In this document: one piece after another, positions 24,569-37,000 of the stretch
Layout of the letters: every line of letters starts with the position of its first letter
Position numbering within the stretch: position 1 is the stretch's first letter
Source: Eledone cirrhosa
Taxonomy: Eukaryota
Reading direction: 5' to 3'
Assembly (NCBI GenBank): GCA_964016885.1
Contig: OZ024741.1
Location: 164,486,001 to 164,550,000, forward strand
DNA length: 64,000 bases
Position numbers and translations under genes: made by a program
Notes under the pieces: generated by a model
Seen by the model: the letters and a program-made list of their open reading frames with translations, nothing else
Told to the model about the DNA's origin: nothing
The model's database searches: none

Positions 24569-24664
24569 CTCTTTTGGGTTCAAGCTCTGGTCGAATTTGT
24601 CACTAAAGTACCAAGAGGAAGCTGATGGAACAACATTGAAGCTGACCGGGCCTTGTAGTGATTT
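24569..24664 (-). CDS. CASK: Candidate alternative CASK exon 'A': KSLQGPVSFNVVPSASSWYFSDKFDQSLNPKE (96 nt, phase 0/0)
   Basis: Branch-like CCTAAC (24692-24697), pyrimidine tract, gtcag|AAA...AAAGAG|gtatgt, open frame. K..QG.V.F.VVPS aligns with exon B and with the PDZ last beta-strand. Confidence 0.7.
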
Positions 24665-24883
24665 CTGACAACAGAAGAAAATAATAAATGAGTTAGGTGA
24701 AACATCAAATAAATGAAACAGCATACAATACAATAGAAGTTACTCACCAGGTATTTAAATAACTATTAATGTCCTGCACCACACGAAGCCTTATTATAGG
24801 ATAGTAAGAGTTAAAAAACAGGTTGAAGTGAAATGTCATATTTTACTGGAATCATTTAAAAAAATACTTATATAAAGATATCC

Positions 24884-25164
24884 TTCAGTCACAAATGACC
24901 ATGAGATTTACACCTAGAAAGCTCCTTTCAAGGTAAGGTTGTTTGTGGAAAATCAGCAGTCACCCATATATACCAGTCTCCTCTCTCCATGTCACTGATG
25001 TTGTCCAAGGGAAAGGCAATGGTCGATATAGCTTGGCATCAGTGATATCACAACTCATTTCTACACCTGAGTAAACTGGAACAACATGAAATAAAGTGTC
25101 TTGTTCAAGGACACAACCTCCTGGTTACAAGCCCAATGCTCTAACCACTAAGCCATGTGCCTTC
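24884..25164 (-). mobile_element. tRNA-derived SINE (family 1 head)
   Basis: Reverse complement of the 5040-5375 type; plus-strand 'ctaaccactaagccatgtgcc' head. Confidence 0.65.
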
Positions 25165-26698
25165 ATTAAAAAAAAACCTGTGTGCATGCATACGTGTGTG
25201 TATGCATGTGTGTGATAACTGCCACTTCTTTACAGAAGATGGCTATCTCATCAATGAATTTCCTGCTTATATGAACCACCACCAGCTGAAGGCTGCTGGC
25301 CAGTTTGATGACTGAACAGGTCTTGTTTAGGTCACCTTTTCTAGACCCTTCCCATGTGGTATGGGTGAGCAGTGTGTCCTCAAAAAGGGCTACTCAGATG
25401 CTCAAGATTCCGTCAAAACATGTTGCTGTTCATGTTAACAGTGCAGCGATGTTAGGATAAGACTTGAGCTGCCATGTGTACATTTGTGATTATGAGCTTC
25501 TAATCGGTCAAGGCTGCCCGCATTGCCACTCCTCCACTACTAAAATATCTGCACATAAAGGTGGCAATGCTATGTGCTTGTGATACACACATAGCACCCT
25601 CTCCATCCCAGCAGCTGTGTCCAGTGACAAACCAAGGCAAGATAACAGGATAGTTACGAGGATTGCCTGTGTTATTGATATGGAGTTTAACCTCTCCAGG
25701 GGGTGTAGCTGTACTCAACACACCTGGCCAATTGCAGCTAGGTGAGGTTATTTAACCCATATTTGGGGTGGATGCCTGTTGACGCTGTAGAAATCATCTG
25801 CCCTTTGACAGCTCTTGTTTTTGTGCTGTTGGGTTTCCATTTACCCTCCTTGCCAGACCAGAGTATTGTGGGAAACCAGTTTAGTCACCGACCGCTTGAC
25901 CATGAAACAGATTATACTGGGCTACATGGTACCAGTAGCAGGCAGAGACGTGACCATACAATATAATAATTTTGTCATATATAAAGTATATATATATATA
26001 AAGTGAATTTTCGTCGCATTACTGTATTTCTAATAGAATACACTGCCTATGAGTTTCAATTAATTTTGAAAATAACCAAAAATTTGGAGAAATTCCATAA
26101 AATAGCTAAGTATTCCATTAGTAAGCTGAGAACATTATTTAAAATTTTCTAAAATATGATGGAAAGTTTTAATATAAGGATAAACATTTTAAATTGAGCA
26201 GTTTCATGTCATAGGACCAGGGACAGTTCAGGGTTAATAATCATATTTATTGATCTATAGAAAATAATCGTTTTTTTTTTCCATTACCTAATTTCACCGT
26301 GCCTGTCTGTGTTGTGTAACTTAGTAATTTGATAAAAAGAGCTTTGCAAAATAAGTACCAGATATGAAAAATAAGTACTGGAGTTGATATGATTGACTAA
26401 ATCAAGGCAGCGCTCCAGAATGGCTGCAGTCTACTAACTGATACAAGTAAAATAATAAAAAAGAATATTCCAGTTAATCTATATAACATGACTTGCTGGA
26501 TTATTAAGAAAATGGGGGAAGAATTAAACCTTCACCATCATCTCCCAAAACAACAGAAAAATGGGATCTTGACAGAGCAAAGAACCAAGTTTGTTGAGTT
26601 CTGGGAAAAGTAAAGTACTGAAGAAAACAGAACCATGGGTCTTCCCTGGAAATATTTTTGCAGAGCATAACATTAAGTAACATTTTCCTCCCTCCCAT

Positions 26699-26905
26699 AT
26701 ATTAACCATATATACACCACTCTTTATATTAAACCATATATACACCCCTCTTTATATTAAACCATATATACACCACTCTTTATATTAAACCATATATACA
26801 CCACTCTTTATATTAAACCATATATACATCACTCTTTATATTAAACCATATATACACCACTCTTTATATTAAACCATATATACACCCCTCTTTATATTAA
26901 ACCAT
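26699..26905. repeat. 28-bp tandem repeat, about 7 units (AAACCATATATACACCACTCTTTATATT)
   Basis: Direct reading. Confidence 0.9.
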
Positions 26906-27273
26906 GCCACCCAGACCTCCCCACTCTATTTTCTCTCACTCAATACTTCATATAACACCAACAGTGACACTATTCTATTTTATTTTTGGATTTTAAGGGC
27001 AAAACTAACCAGCAAGGACCCAGAGGTAGACTTCAAGCAAGATGGTTGGATAACATCCATGAGTTTGGCTGGTCTCGCTTGGGGATCCAGCCAGATCAGT
27101 TGGAAATGGTTGCTTCTGACAGGAAAGCAAACAGGCACACACTTGCAGGCATATAGAAGCACACACACACACACATTATATATACAGATGCATATTAGGA
27201 AATGGAAAGGACTATCCAATACTATGTTGTAGGATTAGAAAGAAAGAGATGTGTTTAAGATATAAAAATAAAC

Positions 27274-27399
27274 AGAAGAAGAAGAAGAAGAAGAAGAAGA
27301 AGAAGAAGAAGAAGAAGAAGAAGAAGAAGAAGAAGAAGAAGAAGAAGAAGAAGAAGAAGAAGAAGAAGAAGAAGAAGAAGAAGAAGAAGAAGAAGAAGA
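27274..27399. repeat. Pure (GAA)n, about 42 units
   Basis: Direct reading; source of the poly-K/F/S ORFs. Confidence 0.95.
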
Positions 27400-28028
27400 T
27401 TTTGTTGTTTGTGGAGATATTGTACAACATTCCAAAATTGTTAAAAATAATCATACCCAATATTTCCATTTACTCACTCATAACTTATTTCACAAGTAAA
27501 TGTTTAGTTTATTAAATAGTACTTCTTAGTTTATTATAGTTTAGATGATATCTATAATGGAGGAAGATGCTGAGAAAAGATAAAAGCAAGAAAAACAACA
27601 AAGTGGTAAGTTCAGGGAACTATTACTTCAGCTGGCAATGAAGGGATTCTCTCTACAGGTGAATGGTAGATTGTATGATGCTTGTATATGAAGTGCAATA
27701 TTGTATGGAAGCAAGATATGGCCAATGAATGTAGAGGATGTGCAAAAACCAGGAAAGAAATGAAGCAATTATGCTTTGCTGAACATGTAATGTCAGTGTG
27801 CATGAATGACATAGCACAGATGAGTTAAGAGAAAAACTGGGTATAAAAGAAATCAAGAGAGAAAACTGCACTGGTATATATTTTCTCCATTATTATAACT
27901 TCAATCTCACTTATCTCCACCCACACAACCTTCTAATTCAAAAGGAAAAGGATGCCTTGAGGTCAGTTACCCAGAAACACTAAATAAAATTATATGAATA
28001 TTTATTTGTTCTGTATTGTCAACTGAAA

Positions 28029-31000
28029 GTGACTCTATGATGTTTTTATGTTGTGTTTATATGATGTTGTGACTGTATGATGTCTTTAAGTTGTGACTGT
28101 ATGATGTCTTTATGTTGTGTTTATATGATGTCTTTATGTTGTGACTGTATGATGTCTTTATGTTGTGTTTATATGATGTCTTTATGTTGTGACTGCATGA
28201 TGTCTTTATGTTGTGACTGTATGATGTCTTTATGTTGTGTTTATATGATGTCTTTATGTTGTGACTGCATGATGTCTTTATGTTGTGACTATATGATGTC
28301 TTTATGTTGTGACTGTATGATGTCTTTATGTTGTGACTATATGATGTCTTTATGTTGTGACTGTATGATGTCTTTATGTTGTGTTTATATGATGTCTTTA
28401 TGTTGTGACTGTATGATGTCTTTATGTTGTGTTTATATGATGTCTTTATGTTGTGACTGCATGATGTCTTTATGTTGTGACTATATGATGTCTTTATGTT
28501 GTGACTGTATGATGTCTTTATGTTGTGACTATATGATGTCTTTATGTTGTGACTGTATGATGTCTTTATGTTGTGTTTATATGATGTCTTTATGTTGTGA
28601 CTGTATGATGTCTTTATGTTGTGTTTATATGATGTCTTTATGTTGTGACTGCATGATGTCTTTATGTTGTAACTATATGATGTCTTTATGTTGTGACTGT
28701 ATGATGTCTTTATGTTGTGACTATATGATGTCTTTATGTTGTGACTGTATGATGTCTTTATGTTGTGTTTATATGATGTCTTTATGTTGTGACTGTATGA
28801 TGTCTTTATGTTGTGACTATATGATGTCTTTATGTTGTGACTGTATGATGTCTTTATGTTGTGTTTATATGATGTCTTTATGTTGTGACTGCATGATGTC
28901 TTTATGTTGTGACTGTATGATGTCTTTATGTTGTGACTATATGATGTCTTTATGTTGTGACTATATGATGTCTTTATGTTGTGACTGTATGATGTCTTTA
29001 TGTTGTGATTGTATGATGTATTTATGTTGTGACTCTATGATGTCTTTATGTTGTGACTGTACGATGTCTTTATGTTGTGACTGTATGATGTCTTTATGTT
29101 GTGTTTATATGATGTCTTTATGTTGTGACTCTATGATGTCTTTATGTTGTGTTTATATGATGTCTTTATGTTGTGTTTATATGATGTCTTATGTTGTGTT
29201 TATATGATGTCTTTATGTTGTGACTGTATGATGTCTTTATGTTGTGACTGTATGATGTATTTATGTTGTGACTATATGATGTCTTTATGTTGTGACTATA
29301 TGATGTCTTTATGTTGTGTTTATATGATGCCTTTATGTTGTGACTGTATGATGTCTTTATGTTGTGACTATATGATGTCTTTATGTTGTGACTATATGAT
29401 GTCTTTATGTTGTGACTGTATGATGTCTTTATGTTGTGACTATATGATGTCTTTATGTTGTGTTTATATGATGTCTTTATGTTGTGACTATATGATGTCT
29501 TTATGTTGTGTTTATATGATGTCTTTATGTTGTGACGGTATGATGTCTTTATGTTGTGACTATATGATGTCTTTATGTTGTGACTATATGATGTCTTTAT
29601 GTTGTGACTGTATGATGTATTTATGTTGTGACTATATGATGTCTTTATGTTGTGTTTATATGATGTCTTTATGTTGTGACTATATGATGTCTTTATGTTG
29701 TGTTTATATGATGTCTTTATGTTGTGACTGTATGATGTCTTTATGTTGTGACTGTATGATGTCTTTATGTTGTGACTATATGATGTCTTTATGTTGTGAC
29801 TGTATGATGTCTTTATGTTGTGTTTATATGATGTCTTTATGTTGTGACTATATGATGTCTTTATGTTGTGTTTATATGATGTCTTTATGTTGTGACTGTA
29901 TGATGTCTTTATGTTGTGACTGCATGATGTATTTATGTTGTGACTATATGATGTCTTTATGTTGTGACTGTATGATGTCTTTATGTTGTGACTGCATGAT
30001 GTCTTTATGTTGTGACTATATGATGTCTTTATGTTGTGTTTATATGATGTCTTTATGTTGTGACTCTATGATGTCTTTATGTTGTGACTGTATGATGTAT
30101 TTATGTTGTGACTATATGATGTCTTTATGTTGTGTTTATATGATGTCTTATGTTGTGTTTATATGATGTCTTTATGTTGTGACTGTATGATGTCTTTATG
30201 TTGTGTTTATATGATGTCTTTATGTTGTGACTGTATGATGTCTTTATGTTGTGACTATATGATGTCTTTATGTTGTGTTTATATGATGTCTTTATGTTGT
30301 GACTCTATGATGTCTTTATGTTGTGTTTATATGATGTCTTTATGTTGTGACTGTATGATGTCTTTATGTTGTGACTATATGATGTCTTTATGTTGTGTTT
30401 ATATGATGTCTTTATGTTGTGACTATATGATGTCTTTATGTTGTGACTCTATGATGTCTTTATGTTGTGTTTATATGATGTCTTTATGTTGTGACAGTAT
30501 GATGTCTTTATGTTGTGACTGTATGATGTCTTTATGTTGTGTTTATATGATGTCTTTATGTTGTGATTGTATGATGTCTTTATGTTGTGACTGTATGATG
30601 TCTTTATGTTGTGACTATATGATGTCTTTATGTTGTGTTTATATGATGTCTTTATGTTGTGACTCTATGATGTCTTTATGTTGTGACAGTATGATGTCTT
30701 TATGTTGTGACTGTATGATGTCTTTATGTTGTGTTTATATGATGTCTTTATGTTGTGATTGTATGATGTCTTTATGTTGTGACTATATGATGTCTTTATG
30801 TTGTGACTGTATGATGTCTTTATGTTGTGACTGTATGATGTCTTTATGTTGTGACTATATGATGTCTTTATGTTGTGTTTATATGATGTCTTTATGTTGT
30901 GTTTATATGATGTCTTTATGTTGTGACTCTATGATGTCTTTATGTTGTGTTTATATGATGTCTTTATGTTGTGACTGTATGATGTCTTTATGTTGTGACT

Positions 31001-34000
31001 ATATGATGTCTTTATGTTGTGTTTATATGATGTCTTATGTTGTGTTTATATGATGTCTTTATGTTGTGACTGTATGATGTCTTTATGTTGTGTTTATATG
31101 ATGTCTTTATGTTGTGACTATATGATGTCTTTATGTTGTGACTGTATGATGTATTTATGTTGTGACTATATGATGTCTTTATGTTGTGTTTATATGATGT
31201 CTTTATGTTGTGACTATATGATGTCTTTATGTTGTGTTTATATGATGTCTTTATGTTGTGACTGTATGATGTCTTTATGTTGTGACTGTATGATGTATTT
31301 ATGTTGTGACTATATGATGTCTTTATGTTGTGACTGTATGATGTCTTTATGTTGTGTTTATATGATGTCTTTATGTTGTGACTATATGATGTCTTTATGT
31401 TGTGTTTATATGATGTCTTTATGTTGTGACTGTATGATGTCTTTATGTTGTGACTGTATGATGTATTTATGTTGTGACTATATGATGTCTTTATGTTGTG
31501 ACTGTATGATGTCTTTATGTTGTGACTGCATGATGTCTTTATGTTGTGACTATATGATGTCTTTATGTTGTGACTCTATGATGTCTTTATGTTGTGTTTA
31601 TATGATGTCTTTATGTTGTGACTGTATGATGTCTTTATGTTGTGACTATATGATGTCTTTATGTTGTGTTTATATGATGTCTTATGTTGTGTTTATATGA
31701 TGTCTTTATGTTGTGACTGTATGATGTCTTTATGTTGTGTTTATATGATGTCTTTATGTTGTGACTGTATGATGTCTTTATGTTGTGACTATATGATGTC
31801 TTTATGTTGTGTTTATATGATGTCTTATGTTGTGTTTATATGATGTCTTTATGTTGTGACTCTATGATGTCTTTATGTTGTGTTTATATGATGTCTTTAT
31901 GTTGTGACAGTATGATGTCTTTATGTTGTGACTGTATGATGTTTTATGTTGTGTTTATATGATGTCTTTATGTTGTGATTGTATGATGTCTTTATGTTGT
32001 GACTGTATGATGTATTTATGTTGTGACTATATGATGTCTTTATGTTGTGACTGTATGATGTCTTTATGTTGTGACTGTATGATGTCTTTATGTTGTGACT
32101 ATATGATGTCTTTATGTTGTGTTTATATGATGTCTTTATGTTGTGTTTATATGATGTCTTTATGTTGTGACTCTATGATGTCTTTATGTTGTGTTTATAT
32201 GATGTCTTTATGTTGTGACTGTATGATGTCTTTATGTTGTGACTATATGATGTCTTTATGTTGTGTTTATATGATGTCTTATGTTGTGTTTATATGATGT
32301 CTTTATGTTGTGACTGTATGATGTCTTTATGTTGTGTTTATATGATGTCTTTATGTTGTGACGGTATGATGTCTTTATGTTGTGACTATATGATGTCTTT
32401 ATGTTGTGACTATATGATGTCTTTATGTTGTGACTGTATGATGTATTTATGTTGTGACTATATGATGTCTTTATGTTGTGTTTATATGATGTCTTTATGT
32501 TGTGACTATATGATGTCTTTATGTTGTGTTTATATGATGTCTTTATGTTGTGACTGTATGATGTCTTTATGTTGTGACTGTATGATGTCTTTATGTTGTG
32601 ACTATATGATGTCTTTATGTTGTGACTGTATGATGTCTTTATGTTGTGTTTATATGATGTCTTTATGTTGTGACTATATGATGTCTTTATGTTGTGTTTA
32701 TATGATGTCTTTATGTTGTGACTGTATGATGTCTTTATGTTGTGACTGCATGATGTATTTATGTTGTGACTATATGATGTCTTTATGTTGTGACTGTATG
32801 ATGTCTTTATGTTGTGACTGCATGATGTCTTTATGTTGTGACTATATGATGTCTTTATGTTGTGTTTATATGATGTCTTTATGTTGTGACTCTATGATGT
32901 CTTTATGTTGTGACTGTATGATGTATTTATGTTGTGACTATATGATGTCTTTATGTTGTGTTTATATGATGTCTTATGTTGTGTTTATATGATGTCTTTA
33001 TGTTGTGACTGTATGATGTCTTTATGTTGTGTTTATATGATGTCTTTATGTTGTGACTGTATGATGTCTTTATGTTGTGACTATATGATGTCTTTATGTT
33101 GTGTTTATATGATGTCTTTATGTTGTGACTCTATGATGTCTTTATGTTGTGTTTATATGATGTCTTTATGTTGTGACTGTATGATGTCTTTATGTTGTGA
33201 CTATATGATGTCTTTATGTTGTGTTTATATGATGTCTTTATGTTGTGACTATATGATGTCTTTATGTTGTGACTCTATGATGTCTTTATGTTGTGTTTAT
33301 ATGATGTCTTTATGTTGTGACAGTATGATGTCTTTATGTTGTGACTGTATGATGTCTTTATGTTGTGTTTATATGATGTCTTTATGTTGTGATTGTATGA
33401 TGTCTTTATGTTGTGACTGTATGATGTCTTTATGTTGTGACTATATGATGTCTTTATGTTGTGTTTATATGATGTCTTTATGTTGTGACTCTATGATGTC
33501 TTTATGTTGTGACAGTATGATGTCTTTATGTTGTGACTGTATGATGTCTTTATGTTGTGTTTATATGATGTCTTTATGTTGTGATTGTATGATGTCTTTA
33601 TGTTGTGACTATATGATGTCTTTATGTTGTGACTGTATGATGTCTTTATGTTGTGACTGTATGATGTCTTTATGTTGTGACTATATGATGTCTTTATGTT
33701 GTGTTTATATGATGTCTTTATGTTGTGTTTATATGATGTCTTTATGTTGTGACTCTATGATGTCTTTATGTTGTGTTTATATGATGTCTTTATGTTGTGA
33801 CTGTATGATGTCTTTATGTTGTGACTATATGATGTCTTTATGTTGTGTTTATATGATGTCTTATGTTGTGTTTATATGATGTCTTTATGTTGTGACTGTA
33901 TGATGTCTTTATGTTGTGTTTATATGATGTCTTTATGTTGTGACTATATGATGTCTTTATGTTGTGACTGTATGATGTATTTATGTTGTGACTATATGAT

Positions 34001-37000
34001 GTCTTTATGTTGTGTTTATATGATGTCTTTATGTTGTGACTATATGATGTCTTTATGTTGTGTTTATATGATGTCTTTATGTTGTGACTGTATGATGTCT
34101 TTATGTTGTGACTGTATGATGTATTTATGTTGTGACTATATGATGTCTTTATGTTGTGACTGTATGATGTCTTTATGTTGTGTTTATATGATGTCTTTAT
34201 GTTGTGACTATATGATGTCTTTATGTTGTGTTTATATGATGTCTTTATGTTGTGACTGTATGATGTCTTTATGTTGTGACTGTATGATGTATTTATGTTG
34301 TGACTATATGATGTCTTTATGTTGTGACTGTATGATGTCTTTATGTTGTGACTGCATGATGTCTTTATGTTGTGACTATATGATGTCTTTATGTTGTGAC
34401 TCTATGATGTCTTTATGTTGTGTTTATATGATGTCTTTATGTTGTGACTGTATGATGTCTTTATGTTGTGACTATATGATGTCTTTATGTTGTGTTTATA
34501 TGATGTCTTATGTTGTGTTTATATGATGTCTTTATGTTGTGACTGTATGATGTCTTTATGTTGTGTTTATATGATGTCTTTATGTTGTGACTGTATGATG
34601 TCTTTATGTTGTGACTATATGATGTCTTTATGTTGTGTTTATATGATGTCTTATGTTGTGTTTATATGATGTCTTTATGTTGTGACTCTATGATGTCTTT
34701 ATGTTGTGTTTATATGATGTCTTTATGTTGTGACAGTATGATGTCTTTATGTTGTGACTGTATGATGTTTTATGTTGTGTTTATATGATGTCTTTATGTT
34801 GTGATTGTATGATGTCTTTATGTTGTGACTGTATGATGTATTTATGTTGTGACTATATGATGTCTTTATGTTGTGACTGTATGATGTCTTTATGTTGTGA
34901 CTGTATGATGTCTTTATGTTGTGACTATATGATGTCTTTATGTTGTGTTTATATGATGTCTTTATGTTGTGTTTATATGATGTCTTTATGTTGTGACTCT
35001 ATGATGTCTTTATGTTGTGTTTATATGATGTCTTTATGTTGTGACTGTATGATGTCTTTATGTTGTGACTATATGATGTCTTTATGTTGTGTTTATATGA
35101 TGTCTTATGTTGTGTTTATATGATGTCTTTATGTTGTGACTGTATGATGTCTTTATGTTGTGTTTATATGATGTCTTTATGTTGTGACTGTATGATGTCT
35201 TTATGTTGTGACTATATGATGTCTTTATGTTGTGTTTATATGATGTCTTTATGTTGTGACTCTATGATGTCTTTATGTTGTGTTTATATGATGTCTTTAT
35301 GTTGTGACTCTATGATGTCTTTATGTTGTGTTTATATGATGTCTTTATGTTGTGACTGTATGATGTCTTTATGTTGTGACTGTATGATGTCTTTATGTTG
35401 TGACTATATGATGTCTTTATGTTGTGACTGTATGATGTATTTATGTTGTGACTATATGATGTCTTTATGTTGTGTTTATATGATGTCTTTATGTTGTGAC
35501 TATATGATGTCTTTATGTTGTGTTTATATGATGTCTTTATGTTGTGACTGTATGATGTCTTTATGTTGTGACTGTATGATGTCTTTATGTTGTGACTATA
35601 TGATGTCTTTATGTTGTGACTGTATGATGTCTTTATGTTGTGTTTATATGATGTCTTTATGTTGTGACTATATGATGTCTTTATGTTGTGTTTATATGAT
35701 GTCTTTATGTTGTGACTGTATGATGTCTTTATGTTGTGACTGCATGATGTATTTATGTTGTGACTATATGATGTCTTTATGTTGTGACTGTATGATGTCT
35801 TTATGTTGTGACTGCATGATGTCTTTATGTTGTGACTATATGATGTCTTTATGTTGTGTTTATATGATGTCTTTATGTTGTGACTCTATGATGTCTTTAT
35901 GTTGTGACTGTATGATGTATTTATGTTGTGACTATATGATGTCTTTATGTTGTGTTTATATGATGTCTTATGTTGTGTTTATATGATGTCTTTATGTTGT
36001 GACTGTATGATGTCTTTATGTTGTGTTTATATGATGTCTTTATGTTGTGACTGTATGATGTCTTTATGTTGTGACTATATGATGTCTTTATGTTGTGTTT
36101 ATATGATGTCTTTATGTTGTGACTCTATGATGTCTTTATGTTGTGTTTATATGATGTCTTTATGTTGTGACTGTATGATGTCTTTATGTTGTGACTATAT
36201 GATGTCTTTATGTTGTGTTTATATGATGTCTTTATGTTGTGACTATATGATGTCTTTATGTTGTGACTCTATGATGTCTTTATGTTGTGTTTATATGATG
36301 TCTTTATGTTGTGACAGTATGATGTCTTTATGTTGTGACTGTATGATGTCTTTATGTTGTGTTTATATGATGTCTTTATGTTGTGATTGTATGATGTCTT
36401 TATGTTGTGACTGTATGATGTCTTTATGTTGTGACTATATGATGTCTTTATGTTGTGTTTATATGATGTCTTTATGTTGTGACTCTATGATGTCTTTATG
36501 TTGTGACAGTATGATGTCTTTATGTTGTGACTGTATGATGTCTTTATGTTGTGTTTATATGATGTCTTTATGTTGTGATTGTATGATGTCTTTATGTTGT
36601 GACTATATGATGTCTTTATGTTGTGACTGTATGATGTCTTTATGTTGTGACTGTATGATGTCTTTATGTTGTGACTATATGATGTCTTTATGTTGTGTTT
36701 ATATGATGTCTTTATGTTGTGTTTATATGATGTCTTTATGTTGTGACTCTATGATGTCTTTATGTTGTGTTTATATGATGTCTTTATGTTGTGACTGTAT
36801 GATGTCTTTATGTTGTGACTATATGATGTCTTTATGTTGTGTTTATATGATGTCTTATGTTGTGTTTATATGATGTCTTTATGTTGTGACTGTATGATGT
36901 CTTTATGTTGTGTTTATATGATGTCTTTATGTTGTGACTATATGATGTCTTTATGTTGTGACTGTATGATGTATTTATGTTGTGACTATATGATGTCTTT

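Noticed and set aside
25215-25965. GC-richer unique-looking segment as a host exon or promoter
   Set aside because: It has no sustained ORF or CASK similarity and looks like a decayed LINE 5' region, but I could not assign it confidently.
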